A DNA stretch of 64,000 nucleotides from Acidobacteriota bacterium. GTDB lineage: Bacteria > Acidobacteriota > UBA6911 > RPQK01 > JAJDTT01. Of the stretch, positions 1 to 10,383 are shown piece after piece. Under the pieces are notes generated by a model. The model was not told the origin of the DNA, did no database searches, and saw only the letters and a list, made by a program, of their open reading frames with translations. The position numbers and the translations under genes are program-made. The stretch covers positions 2,016,001 to 2,080,000 of the forward strand of contig OZ253580.1 in assembly GCA_965263035.1 (NCBI GenBank), written 5' to 3'. The first letter of the stretch is position 1. Every line of letters starts with the position of its first letter.

Positions 1-129
1 CGCTACCGGAATTTCAGCTCTAGCTCCGAAAAGGATGCCCCGCCGGGGAAGTACGATCTGGTGGTGGTCCTGCGCCAGAGGCTCTCCGGAAGAATGGCCA
101 CCTCCACCCGCAGCGTGGTCGTGGACTAA
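1..129 (+). CDS. 3' end of an upstream gene (Ig-like C-terminal domain, partial)
   Basis: Frame 1 is open to TAA at 127-129: ...KDAPPGKYDLVVVLRQRLSGRMATSTRSVVVD*, resembling the C-terminal beta-sandwich of acidobacterial VWA/GWxTD proteins. Confidence 0.5.
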   Translation, partial: RYRNFSSSSEKDAPPGKYDLVVVLRQRLSGRMATSTRSVVVD

Positions 130-176
130 GGAAAGAGAAAAGAGCAAAGTGACGGAAGAGAGAAGAAAAGGCCCCA

Positions 177-205
177 TTGACTCACGGATCCATTGTGGCT
201 ACGAT
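177..205 (+). promoter_or_regulatory. sigma70-type promoter for TBDR1
   Basis: TTGACT-N17-TACGAT, 57 bp upstream of the ATG at 263, which has an AAGGAGG RBS. Confidence 0.6.
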
Positions 206-262
206 GCTTCCAGGTTTTTAAGTCTGCATTCCCAGGCGGCTTGCAAAGTAAGGAGGTCGCAG

Positions 263-3200
263 ATGCGCCAAGCACCTCGCCTGCATTCCGCCATCCTGGC
301 ACTACCTCTGGCACTCGTCTTTTGCCTTTCCCTGCCGAACGCGTACGGTCAGTTGACCACCTATGGACAGATCGTAGGGCGCGTGATCGACCCGACGGGA
401 GCCGTGGTCCCAGGTGTCGAGGTCACAGTCACCAACACGGAAACCAACGTCCCACGATCTACGGTCAGCAACGACACGGGGAACTACTTGGTGGACAAGC
501 TCATCGCCGGCGTCTATGAGGCCAGGGCGGAGCTACCCGGCTTCAAGACCCACTTGGCCGAGGTCCGTTTGAACACCGGACAGGTGGCGCGCCTGGACTT
601 CCTGCTGAGCCCCGGCGAGATCTCCGAGCAGGTGACCGTCATGGGCCAGACCACGGCGCTGGACACGGACACGGCGGACATCAGCACCACGCTGGACGAG
701 ACCCAGATTACCGAGCTTCCCATCAACGACCGGAACCTGATCCTGCTGGCGGAGCTCTCCACCGGGTCCGTGAGCGTCCGCTTCTCCACCGACCCCCGCT
801 TCGTTCGAGATTCGGGCGGTCTTCCTGCCGTCAACGGCCTGCGGCCGGACTCCAGCCAGATCATGCTGGACGGCGCCGGCGCCCAGAGGCTCTACGATCA
901 GCGGGCCACCGTGAACCCCACGCCGGAAACGATCAAGCAGTTCAAGGTCATCAGCAACACCTTCTCGGCCGAATACGGCCGGGTCGGGGGCGCCGTGGTG
1001 AGCATGACCAGTCACAGCGGCAGCAACGAGTTTCACGGCTTCGCCTGGGAGTATCTGCGGAGCGACAAGTTCGACGCCAACGGCTTTTTCGCCAACCGGA
1101 CCGGACTGGGTAAGCTGCCGCTGAGCCGCCATACCTTCGGCGGCGCCGTGGGTGGGCCCATCATCAAGGACAAGACCTTCTTCTACGCCAGCTACGAGCG
1201 CTTCATGGACGAATCGAACCTGACCGGGTTCATGGACGTTCCGCCGGCCTCCGAGCTGGCGGGGAATTTCGGGCAGGGCGACGGGAAGCAGGGCCTGATT
1301 CCCATCTACGACCCCTTCAACGTCGTCGACGGCCAGCGGGTGCAGTTTCCCAACAACGTCATCCCCTCCAGCAGAATCCACCCCGTTTCCATGGCGGTCC
1401 GGGACAAGGTGCCCTGGCCGGCTCCCAACCAGACGACCTATCCCAACTACGCCTATCCCCACGTGATCGACCAGGTGAAGAACAAGATTTCGATTCGAGG
1501 GGATCACCACTTCGCCGACGATTCGACGCTGTTCGGGCGCTGGACTTGGCAGAACGACCCGCAGATCTCCCACGGCTCCGCTTCGTCCGGATCCTTCGGC
1601 TTCTTCGTGGGCCGTGGAAGGCTGGGTGTCCCCGGGATGAGAAGCAGCGTGTACGAGGTGGAGACGGAGTTGGAGACCGGCTGGCAGACCAGCGGCGGCT
1701 GGGTCAAGCCGGTCGGGACCAACCTGGTGAACGAGATCAACTTCACCGGTTGGAAGTCGGACTTCGGCAACCGGAGCGCCGACACCGTGGACTGGTTCCA
1801 GGAGTTCGGTTACGACTTGGCGGGACAGGACGGGATCTTCGCCCTCGACAACAATGGCCAGCGTGGTCCCGCCGACCTGCCTTCCATCGGCGTCAGCGGC
1901 TACTCCAATATCCAGGGTCAGGGTGAGTTCGACCAGGGCGACTGGGGGTTCAGCATCAAGGAGACGGCCTCCTGGCGCAAGGGCAACCACTACCTGAAAT
2001 TCGGGATCGAGACCGTTCGGAACATGAACGTGCGCCTGGGCTGGGTCAGGCCTGCCGCTTCCATCGGCTTCAACGGCTACCAGACGGGGCAGATCACCTA
2101 CGGTCCCGACGGCAGCATCACAGGTTCCACCTTCGGCCAGCCCTACGCCGACTTCCTGCTCGGTACCGTGGCCAGTGCACAGTCCCGGATCACGGGCGGA
2201 GCCGGATACGGCCTCGGAAACTGGGGCGGCTACAATCAGTCGTCCTACAGTTGGTTCATCAACGACGATTGGAAGGTCATGCCCGATCTCAGCCTCAACC
2301 TGGGATTGAGGCACGAGATCCCGCTTCCGGAGCACTGGCTGGAGAACAAGGGAAACTGCTTCATCGACGTCACCGGAGGGCGGGACAACCCCATCCACAT
2401 GGTGCCCAAGGGCTTCCCCTATGATTCTCCCCTGGTGACGAACGGCCAGCGAGACGCCCTGGTGGTCCCGGTGGTGGAACTGGACAGCCATCGCTGCCGG
2501 CCGGTTCCCTGGCAGGGCTTCGCCCCCAGAGTGGGAATCGCCTGGCGCATGTTCGGCACCAACCGGACGGTTCTCCGCGCCGGAGGCGGCGTGTCTTTCG
2601 ATCAGGAATACGGTGGCTGGAAGGTGGGCGTCGGCTGGGTCGGCCCCTATGTGGGCACGGTCCGCGGCATCCAGCCTCGGGGAGAGGCTCCCCAGTACAT
2701 GCATGGCAGCTTCCTCAATCTGCCCACGACGTCGGCGGCCAGAGTGCACAGCGACGGCTCCTACTCGTACGACGGAAGCGGCTCCCAGACCGGCCAGGTC
2801 TACAGCTACAACCTGTCGATCCAGCACGAGCTGTTCGATGACACCAAGGTGGAGATCGCCTACGTGGGCAATCAGGGCCGGCACATGAGAAATCATCGGG
2901 CCTGGAACGTGTCCCAGATCGCCGGCCAGCCGATCATCCTGAACACCGGAGAAACGATCCGGGCCGAGGGAAACCGGGATCAAAGGCGTCCCTATCCGCT
3001 GATCGCCACCACCCTGCAGATTCGCTTCGACGGATCGCAGAACTACAACTCACTGCAGGCCAAGATCGAGCGGATGCCGAAGGACGGGCTTGGCATTTCG
3101 GCCGGGTGGACCTACGGCCGGGTCTTCGCCACCAACTACGCCGGAACCTATATCGCGGTGGTGCCCAACGAGTTCGACCGCACGGGACTCAACACCCGGA

Positions 3201-3751
3201 CCAAGTGGGACCGGCTCCACAGCTACTACACGGCCCTCACTTGGAGACTGCCCATTTTGGGGAACGCCACCGGCCTCACCAAGACGTTGCTGGCAGGTTG
3301 GGAGGCCACCTCCGTCATTACCGCGGCCACCGGGTCGCCGTTCGGCGTCCGCGTGGGAAGAGACGTGAACGACATCGGTTCCCGGCGCCTGCTGATGCCC
3401 GATCGGCTGAGCCACGGTCAGCTCCCCGAGAGTCAGAGAACGGTGGACCGGTACTACGACGTCGGTGCCTTCGCCATACCGGCCGTGGGACGATTCGGCA
3501 ACTCCCACATGTGGCCGCTGGAAGGAGATGGGATCAGTGTCTTCGACATCGGCCTCCACAAGGGGTTCGCCATCGGAGAGGACAAGGAGCTGGATTTCCG
3601 CGTGGAAATGTTCAACGCCTTCAATCATCCCATCTTCGATACGCCCGGGGGCAAGGGTGGACAGGACGCCATCGAGGGCGGCGGGGCTGGACGGGTTTCT
3701 TCCGCCTCTCAACCGCGCCGGCTCCAGTTCGCGTTCCGCTTTTCGTTCTGA
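263..3751 (+). CDS. TonB-dependent receptor (CarboxypepD_reg N-domain, Oar-like), TBDR1
   Basis: Signal peptide; GRVIDPTGAVVPGVEVT; FSAEYGRVGG; SGSNEFHG; FAPRVGIAW; C-terminal RLQFAFRFSF. Start moved to ATG 263 on RBS evidence. Confidence 0.92.
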   Translation: MRQAPRLHSAILALPLALVFCLSLPNAYGQLTTYGQIVGRVIDPTGAVVPGVEVTVTNTETNVPRSTVSNDTGNYLVDKLIAGVYEARAELPGFKTHLAEVRLNTGQVARLDFLLSPGEISEQVTVMGQTTALDTDTADISTTLDETQITELPINDRNLILLAELSTGSVSVRFSTDPRFVRDSGGLPAVNGLRPDSSQIMLDGAGAQRLYDQRATVNPTPETIKQFKVISNTFSAEYGRVGGAVVSMTSHSGSNEFHGFAWEYLRSDKFDANGFFANRTGLGKLPLSRHTFGGAVGGPIIKDKTFFYASYERFMDESNLTGFMDVPPASELAGNFGQGDGKQGLIPIYDPFNVVDGQRVQFPNNVIPSSRIHPVSMAVRDKVPWPAPNQTTYPNYAYPHVIDQVKNKISIRGDHHFADDSTLFGRWTWQNDPQISHGSASSGSFGFFVGRGRLGVPGMRSSVYEVETELETGWQTSGGWVKPVGTNLVNEINFTGWKSDFGNRSADTVDWFQEFGYDLAGQDGIFALDNNGQRGPADLPSIGVSGYSNIQGQGEFDQGDWGFSIKETASWRKGNHYLKFGIETVRNMNVRLGWVRPAASIGFNGYQTGQITYGPDGSITGSTFGQPYADFLLGTVASAQSRITGGAGYGLGNWGGYNQSSYSWFINDDWKVMPDLSLNLGLRHEIPLPEHWLENKGNCFIDVTGGRDNPIHMVPKGFPYDSPLVTNGQRDALVVPVVELDSHRCRPVPWQGFAPRVGIAWRMFGTNRTVLRAGGGVSFDQEYGGWKVGVGWVGPYVGTVRGIQPRGEAPQYMHGSFLNLPTTSAARVHSDGSYSYDGSGSQTGQVYSYNLSIQHELFDDTKVEIAYVGNQGRHMRNHRAWNVSQIAGQPIILNTGETIRAEGNRDQRRPYPLIATTLQIRFDGSQNYNSLQAKIERMPKDGLGISAGWTYGRVFATNYAGTYIAVVPNEFDRTGLNTRTKWDRLHSYYTALTWRLPILGNATGLTKTLLAGWEATSVITAATGSPFGVRVGRDVNDIGSRRLLMPDRLSHGQLPESQRTVDRYYDVGAFAIPAVGRFGNSHMWPLEGDGISVFDIGLHKGFAIGEDKELDFRVEMFNAFNHPIFDTPGGKGGQDAIEGGGAGRVSSASQPRRLQFAFRFSF

Positions 3752-3767
3752 CGGAGAGTCGGGGGCA

Positions 3768-3946
3768 GGAGGGGCGACTTCCAGTCGCCCATTGGGACAG
3801 GCGACTTTCTTGTCGCCTGCTCTTCCGTATTGTTATGTGATTCGGCGGAAGAAAAGCGTAAAGTGGGGACTCCGTCCCCCCTGCCCCCCTGATCGGCGGC
3901 AAGAAAGCCGCCGCTCCCATCCGGCGACAAGAAAGTCGCCGCTCCT
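3768..3946. repeat. Cluster of five REP-like hairpins between convergent genes
   Basis: GGGCGAC-ttcca-GTCGCCC, CAGGCGAC-tttctt-GTCGCCTG, GGGGAC-tcc-GTCCCC, GGCGGC-aagaaa-GCCGCC and GGCGAC-aagaaa-GTCGCC. Confidence 0.75.
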
Positions 3947-3969
3947 GTCGTTTTTCTCGCGGGATTTCG

Positions 3970-5256
3970 TTACTCTCCGGGGCTCGATAGAGACTTCATC
4001 CTCTCTTCGTGCTCTCGCGCCTGCTCCATCTTGCCCTGCCTGACGTAGACCGCATGCAGCAGCCGATGATGCTCCGAGAGGGCCACCGTTCCCTCCTTGT
4101 CGGTGGGCATTCGAGCCAGACGCTGCTCCAGGTCCAGGGCCTTCCTGGCCCAGGTTTCCGCCTCCTGGAACTGCTGACGGTGGAGACTGGAGACGGCCAT
4201 CAGAAAAGGCCCGATCGGCGCCAGCGGGTTGATCTGCATGATCTTGCGAGCCCGGTTCGCAGCCTCCCGGATCTGGCCTTCCTCCAGCTCCAAATCGGCC
4301 AGATCGGCCAGGAGGCCGACGCCGACGGCGCATCGACGGACCGCTTTCCGTAATTCGGAGAGTGCCTCCCCCTTCCTTCCGTCTGCCTTGAGACTTCTCC
4401 CCAGAAAAATGAGCAGCCGGCAGTCGTTGGGATGGGATTGGGCGTATTCGCTCAGCCGTCCGGCCGCTTCGGAATATGAGCCTCGGAGCCAGGCCAGACC
4501 GCCCCGATACAGGTTCACTTCGGGGTGGCTGCCTTGCAGCATTTCGGCTTTCTCGATCGCCTCCCGGCCCAGGTCGGGAAGGCCCAACTCCAGGTAGACG
4601 CCCGCCAGTTCCAGATGCACGGAGGCGGATGCCTGCTCCGAGGAGGCCAGGTTCTGCAGGGTTCGCAACTGTTTCTTCAGATGTTCCCGCTTCCGGTGGA
4701 ATCGAAGCACGCCCCGGCCCTCGTCGCGCCGGCCTTGCCGGAGCAGAGCCCGCCCCAGATGGAAGAGGGCCGGCTCGTATTCGGGATCCGCATCCAAAAC
4801 CGCGAGAAAGGTCTCTCCTGCTTCCGGATAACGGCCCTCCTTCAACTCGATGCGTCCACGGTAATACAGGGCGGTGGGGTCGCCGGACCGCTCGTTGAGT
4901 ACACATCGGAACTCCTTTCGAGCCTCCTCGGTCCGGCCTTGGCGGAAGTAGACGATCCCGACTCGCGACCGGATCCTCCATTCCTCCTCGAAACCCGCCG
5001 CTCGCGCTTGCCGGAAACTCTCAAGGGCGTCGCCGTAGCGCCCTAGGACCGTCTCGCAGATCCCCTTCCGGTAGTAGAGGCGGGGATCGGGACCACCGGT
5101 CCTCAAGAGGGTCTCAAGGTCCTCCAAAGCGCCGAGGTAGTTGTCGCCACGCATCTTGGCCAAGACGCTCTCGCGCGAGATCGGTCCACCGTGAAGCGGA
5201 ACTCCCGCGAGGGCCAGAGTCTGGATGAGAAGCAGAAGCGTCGACGCGACCTTCAC
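3970..5256 (-). CDS. Secreted TPR protein
   Basis: Signal peptide plus multiple TPR helices; GTG start overlaps the upstream TGA (GTGA); paralog of 43837-45087. Confidence 0.85.
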   Translation of the reverse strand: MKVASTLLLLIQTLALAGVPLHGGPISRESVLAKMRGDNYLGALEDLETLLRTGGPDPRLYYRKGICETVLGRYGDALESFRQARAAGFEEEWRIRSRVGIVYFRQGRTEEARKEFRCVLNERSGDPTALYYRGRIELKEGRYPEAGETFLAVLDADPEYEPALFHLGRALLRQGRRDEGRGVLRFHRKREHLKKQLRTLQNLASSEQASASVHLELAGVYLELGLPDLGREAIEKAEMLQGSHPEVNLYRGGLAWLRGSYSEAAGRLSEYAQSHPNDCRLLIFLGRSLKADGRKGEALSELRKAVRRCAVGVGLLADLADLELEEGQIREAANRARKIMQINPLAPIGPFLMAVSSLHRQQFQEAETWARKALDLEQRLARMPTDKEGTVALSEHHRLLHAVYVRQGKMEQAREHEERMKSLSSPGE

Positions 5257-6914
5257 GGCTCTTGTATGAAAACAGAACGGTTCAGAGATTGTGGCGGCAT
5301 CACTTCCTGCATCTTGCCACACGGCCAGGAGATCCGAATCGAGTCGATCTTCGTCTTATGCCCCAGACCGAAGTGGAGGCGCGGGTCGTTCTGGCTCAGG
5401 TAACTGCTGGCCGACCGAAGCTCTCGAGTCAGTTTCAGGTTGCCGGCTTCAAGAGTCATGCGGGCCCCGACGGCGTCCCGGTTGCAGTGGCTTCCTCTCA
5501 GCCGGAAGCGGACCCAGTTGCCGCTTTCCCGGGTCCGGTTCTCCAGCAGGTCCGCCTTGCCTCCACAGTTGGTCACCAGCAGGTCCAGCTTGCCGTCGTT
5601 GTTGAAATCCCCCACGGCCGAGCCCCGGGAGACGTTCTGCACCGAAAAATAGCCTCCGGGACTGCCGGCCTCGGTGAAGCGTCCCTTCCCGTCGTTCAGG
5701 AACAACTGGTTCGGCTGGCGATACCGGCTGCCCGCATTGGCGCGGGCGGCCTCCTCCAGAACATGCCCGTTGGCCACGAAGAGATCCAGGTCTCCATCGT
5801 TGTCGGCATCGAAGAAGTTGGCGCCGAATCCCAAGGGAACGAAACTGGGCCCCGAGAGCCCCGTATCGATGATCCGGTCGCTGAAAAATTCTCCGCCCTC
5901 ATTCCAGTAGAGGGCGTTGTATTGGAGCGAGTAGTTGGTGACCAGGACATGGAAGCGGCCCCCACCGTCCAGGTCGCCGGCGTCCACTCCCATGCCGGCC
6001 TGGGCCATGCCGGAGCCGCCCAGGGCGGTGCCCGATTCCAGAGAGACGTCCTAGAAGCTGCCGTCGCCCTGGTTCCGAAACAGATAGTTGCCGGTGGTGT
6101 CGTTGGCCACGTACAGATCCTGATCCCCGTCCCGATCCAGATCCAGCCAGAGGACCCCAAGGCTCTTGCTGTACCGGGCGTCCTCCCGCAAGCCGGCGCT
6201 CCGGGTGACGTCGATGAAGGTACGCCCTCCCAGATTCCGGTAGAGGACGTTGTCAACTCCGTCGAAGCCATGGGGATAGCAGTAGATGGGAATCTGCTGG
6301 AAGTAGCAGGGTTCGTGGCCCTGAAAGGAGAACTCCAGATAGTTGGCCAGGTAAAGATCCAACAGCCCGTCCCCGTCGTAGTCGGCGAAAGCGGCGCTGG
6401 TCCCCCAGCGGGAATCGGCGGCCCCAGATCGCCTGCTCACGTCCTGGAAGGCGCCGTTGCCCAGGTTTCGGTAGAGCACATTGGGACCCACGTTGGTGAC
6501 GTAGATGTCCACGTGGCCATCGTTGTCGTAGTCTCCGAAGGTGCACCCCATGCCGTAGGACGGATCCCCGACTCCGGCCTGGTCGGTGACGTCGAAAAAG
6601 GTCCCGTCCCTCCGGTTTCGAAACAGCCGGTTCGAGCCTTGGCCGTTGACGAGATAGACGTCCATCCAGCCGTCGCCATCGTAGTCCAGAAAACCGCCGC
6701 CGGAACCCATGGTCTCGATCAGATACTTGGCCTTTGGGTCGGGTTCGGCGACCTGGTTGCGGTGTACGAATTCCAGCCCCGCCGCTCGGCTGACATCGGC
6801 GAAGCGGGGCGTGGTTTCGTCTTTCGCCGGGAGTTGGGCGTGGAGGACCAGAAGGAGGACCGGTAATACTCCCTTCGCCGGGGGCAACGTTGCCTGGGTC
6901 CGAGGCCGGATCAT
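5253..6914 (-). pseudogene. CRTAC1-family (FG-GAP/VCBS + ASPIC/UnbV) protein with an in-frame amber stop at 6051-6053
   Basis: ORFs 6051-7010 and 5253-6008 are in the same frame; GDGSF*DVSLESG versus GDGTFEDVSLVSG in the intact paralog; DYDGDG repeats; SSYLSQNDPRLHFGLG. Confidence 0.85.
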
Positions 6915-8590
6915 TCCGTCCAGAGCGCGTAGAGGGAGCCTTTTCGGAGGTGAATCCTCAGGACCACGGTCTGTCCGTTCAAGCGAGTCATGGAATCGGA
7001 GCCATTCCACCGGATCGGGAACCGGGTCCGGTCGCCGCTGAGCGACAGGCTGTCACCGCCGGAGAACCCGGGGACGGGGCGCCCCCCGGCATCCAGGACC
7101 TCGACTCGAATCCGGCCCTCGGGAGCGTCCAGATTGACCCAGAGGCGATCGCCGCTCATCACCAGGGGACGGGTGGTGAGGGTCCCCTCGCGCCGGCCCG
7201 CGTCCAGAGAGACGAACCCGTCCCGGCGCAGCACCGCCACGTGAATGGCGGAATGGGCGTCGTCGATGTAGTCGGCACGCTCCTGCGGGTTCAGGGAATC
7301 GGGGCTGCGCGGGCTCCCGTCCGAGTACCGGTCATAGGGGCAGACCCGCCACTTGAAGCCCGAATAGTAGAACCAAAGTTCTTCTTCCTTCTCCACCGGC
7401 CGGTTGGTGGGCATCAGCTGCATCCGGTCGTAGTTCCCGGCCAAACCCTGGTCGAGGCGCGAGGGACCGATGAAGGGCTCGCGGTTCCCCAGGCGTTCCC
7501 AATGCTTCAGGTCCCGGGTCATGGCCAGTTGGATCAGATGGAAGCCGTCGGTGTTCCGCCGCTCCGGCAAGCGGGCTCCGGTGGGGTAGAAGATCATGGG
7601 CAACCCGATGTACAGGCCCTCGTAAGGGAAGACGCCGATGTTGTAGGACTGGGCGTTCCAAGTTCCCCGGTTTTGGAACTCCACGTCAGGCGGAGACCAT
7701 CCGATGGACGGATCCGGGTCCACGAAGAGAGGCCGCGCCAGACCCGGGTCGGCGATCCGTCTTCGGATCACTTCGAGGGCGTGCTCCTGGTCCTGGTCAT
7801 CGGTGCTGAAGAGGAATCGGGGCTCCGACCAGTGCACGAAGTCCCGGCTCACGGAGAGGTTGTAGGAACGGCCGTACTTGCCGCCGAACTTGAGCAGTCC
7901 CAGGAATTGCCGCCGTTCCCGGTCGTAGGTGAGGGTGCCGGCATCGCCGGAAGGCAGGGTCGGAACTTCGAGGATGGTCCAGTGGACGGCGTCCGGGCTC
8001 ACTACCGGACGGCGTCCGCTGTGGCCCAGGAATCCCTTGTACCGCCGGGCCGGATCGGGATCATCGGGGTCGTGGACCACGTGCCAGAGGCGTTTCTTCT
8101 CGGGAGCCGCGATGAGGTTGTTGGCCCGGGATCCGCGGTATTCCACCGCGCCCAGATCGGGTTTCTCCCAGACCAGGCCGTCCCGGGACGTGGCCAGAGC
8201 CCAACGGAAACCCTCTTCTGCGTAGCGGAGCGGCCGGCCCTCGTAGACCAGCTTGTAGCGCCCCTCCTGTTCGATCCACATGGGTGCCGAAACCGTGGCG
8301 ACGAAGCGTCCGTCCGAGGGCTGGTCCGGCAATAGCACGGCCCCCTGTTTGGTGGGCCGCTGCATGACCCGGTCCAGATTCCGGATCTCGCCGACGATGT
8401 GGTCGTCCAGAAAGAGCTGCTTGCGGCCCGGCTCCAGGCGGACCGGGTCATCCCGGCCTGCGGATCTTCCCTGCCCCGACAGCAGCAGGAACATCAGCGT
8501 CGCGAAAAGACTGCAAAAGCGTGGACTCACGGCAGGTTCTCCGTTGCGCTTCGAGAAAAACCGGCGGCCTTCTTTCTGATTGGCGCTCAT
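6911..8590 (-). CDS. Secreted beta-propeller glycosidase-like protein (GH32/43/117/130-like clan) with C-terminal beta-sandwich, paralog 1
   Basis: KQLFLDD, ATSRDGLVWEKP, LRRDGFVS; ATG overlaps the upstream stop. Confidence 0.75.
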   Translation of the reverse strand: MSANQKEGRRFFSKRNGEPAVSPRFCSLFATLMFLLLSGQGRSAGRDDPVRLEPGRKQLFLDDHIVGEIRNLDRVMQRPTKQGAVLLPDQPSDGRFVATVSAPMWIEQEGRYKLVYEGRPLRYAEEGFRWALATSRDGLVWEKPDLGAVEYRGSRANNLIAAPEKKRLWHVVHDPDDPDPARRYKGFLGHSGRRPVVSPDAVHWTILEVPTLPSGDAGTLTYDRERRQFLGLLKFGGKYGRSYNLSVSRDFVHWSEPRFLFSTDDQDQEHALEVIRRRIADPGLARPLFVDPDPSIGWSPPDVEFQNRGTWNAQSYNIGVFPYEGLYIGLPMIFYPTGARLPERRNTDGFHLIQLAMTRDLKHWERLGNREPFIGPSRLDQGLAGNYDRMQLMPTNRPVEKEEELWFYYSGFKWRVCPYDRYSDGSPRSPDSLNPQERADYIDDAHSAIHVAVLRRDGFVSLDAGRREGTLTTRPLVMSGDRLWVNLDAPEGRIRVEVLDAGGRPVPGFSGGDSLSLSGDRTRFPIRWNGSDSMTRLNGQTVVLRIHLRKGSLYALWTE

Positions 8591-10224
8591 TCGGTCCAGA
8601 ACGAATACAAAGAGGCATCCCGAAGATGGATCTTCAGCCTCACCGTCCGGCCCGCCAAGTCGGATAATCCATTCCGCCCCTTCCATCCGACTGGGACACG
8701 GACCTGGTCTCCACCGGCCGCTGCGGAATCATCCAGCCCGAAGCCGGGCACGACGACGCCAGTTTCGTCCAGGATCTCCACCCGGGCTTCTCCCTCCGGC
8801 GCCCGGAGGTTCAGGAACAACCTGTCCCCTGCCATCTTCAGAAGTTTCGTCACCAGGAAACCCCCATTCTCGTCCGCATCCAGGGAAATGAACCCGTCCC
8901 GACGCAGGACCGAGACGTAAACGGCGCTGTGGGTATCCTCGATCCAATCCGCCCGCTCCTCCGCAGACAGGGTAGACGGATCCCGAGGCGCGCCGTTGCG
9001 GTACCGGTCATGCTGGGGGACGCGGCGCTTCATGCCGGTGTAGTAGAACCAGAGCTCGTCTCCCCGGTCCACCGGCTGGTTGGTCACATTGAGTTGCAGA
9101 CGGTCGTAGTTTCCCACCAGGCCCTCATCCAGGCGGGACGTAGTGATGAACGGCTGGCGGTTGCCCAGCCGCTTCCAGGTCTTGAGGTCGCGGGTCATCG
9201 CCAACTGCATCTCGTTGAACCCGTCGGTATTGGTCTTCTCGGGGAGCCGGATGCCGGTGGGATAGAAGAACATGAGCCAGCCCAGGTGCACGCCTTCGTA
9301 CGGGAACACGCCGATGTTGTAGCACTGGACGTTCCACGTCCCCCGGTTCCTGAATTCCCCGGGCGGTTGCTTCCAACCGGTGGCCGGATCGGGATCCACC
9401 ATCAGAGGCTTGGCCAGCCCCGGATCGGCCAGCCTGCGCCGGATGACGTCCAGCGCCATCCTCTGGTCCTCGTCATCGGTGCTGAAGAGGAACCTGGGCT
9501 CCGACCAGTTCACGAAGTCCCTGCTGACGGAGAGGTTGTAGGAGCGTCCGTACTTGCCGGTGAACTTGAGCAGCCCCAGGAATTGCCGGCTCGCCCGGTC
9601 ATAGGTGAGGGTGCCGGCGTCACCCGAAGGGAGCTTCTCCACCTCCAGCAGTTGCCAGTGGATGCAGTCCGGGCTCACCACCGGACGGCGTCCGCTGGCT
9701 CCCAGGAACCCCTTGTAGCGCCGCTCCGGATCCGGGTCATCCGGATCGTGGACCACCTGCCAGAGACGCTGCCTCTCAGGAGAATCGATCAGGTTGTTCT
9801 CTTTGTTGCCGTTGAACTCCAACGCCCCCAGGTTCGGTTTCTCCCAGTTGAGGCCATCCCGGGAGAGGGCCAGCGCCCAGTAGGTCGTGCCCTCCCCTCC
9901 GTTTGGCCGGTGCCTCGCCTCGTAGACGAATTTGTAAATTTTCTCATCGGGGATCCACATCGGAGCGCTGACCGTCTGCACGAAGGTCCCGTCCGAAGGG
10001 ATGTCAGCCTTGAGAACGACCCCCCGCTTGCGGGGCCGGTGAAAGCTCCGGACCAGATTCCCGGTCTTGTCGACGACATGGTCATCCAGAAACAGTTCCC
10101 GTTTCCCCGGCTCCAGAGGGATGGCGTCGACGGCTCTCGCCCACAGGCAGGGAGTCAACGACAGCCCTGCCGCCAACCAGACCAAACACACCCGCGTCCA
10201 TGCCGCCCTTCCCTCAGATCTCAC
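8587..10224 (-). CDS. Beta-propeller glycosidase-like protein, paralog 2 (tandem duplicate of paralog 1)
   Basis: RELFLDD, LSRDGLNWEKP, LRRDGFIS; long near-identical blocks shared with 6911-8590. Confidence 0.78.
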   Translation of the reverse strand: MRSEGRAAWTRVCLVWLAAGLSLTPCLWARAVDAIPLEPGKRELFLDDHVVDKTGNLVRSFHRPRKRGVVLKADIPSDGTFVQTVSAPMWIPDEKIYKFVYEARHRPNGGEGTTYWALALSRDGLNWEKPNLGALEFNGNKENNLIDSPERQRLWQVVHDPDDPDPERRYKGFLGASGRRPVVSPDCIHWQLLEVEKLPSGDAGTLTYDRASRQFLGLLKFTGKYGRSYNLSVSRDFVNWSEPRFLFSTDDEDQRMALDVIRRRLADPGLAKPLMVDPDPATGWKQPPGEFRNRGTWNVQCYNIGVFPYEGVHLGWLMFFYPTGIRLPEKTNTDGFNEMQLAMTRDLKTWKRLGNRQPFITTSRLDEGLVGNYDRLQLNVTNQPVDRGDELWFYYTGMKRRVPQHDRYRNGAPRDPSTLSAEERADWIEDTHSAVYVSVLRRDGFISLDADENGGFLVTKLLKMAGDRLFLNLRAPEGEARVEILDETGVVVPGFGLDDSAAAGGDQVRVPVGWKGRNGLSDLAGRTVRLKIHLRDASLYSFWTE

Positions 10225-10383
10225 TTTTCCCCTCCCATGTCACCAACGCCGATGGAGTCCCGCTCACCGCCAGAGTCCACCGGACACTACTCTTTCGTTT
10301 TTTTTCCTTCCTCTTTTCTCAGATTGTGGATTGCCTCCAATCATGACACCCTCTCTGGAAACATCCAACCGGGGGAACCCCAG

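Noticed and set aside
533-2983. Long antisense ORFs (e.g. 533-2983, 27166-29568, 38519-41224, 15726-17618, 23314-24990)
   Set aside because: Shadow frames of well-supported genes in high-GC DNA, with no recognisable motifs
6051-6053. Pyrrolysine or amber recoding
   Set aside because: TAG is a real stop in several genes here, no pyl genes are in the window, and the paralog has Glu
8929-10383. N-terminal 485 aa of the 959-aa ORF
   Set aside because: Antisense to gene 8587-10224; the real protein starts at 10384 with a signal peptide
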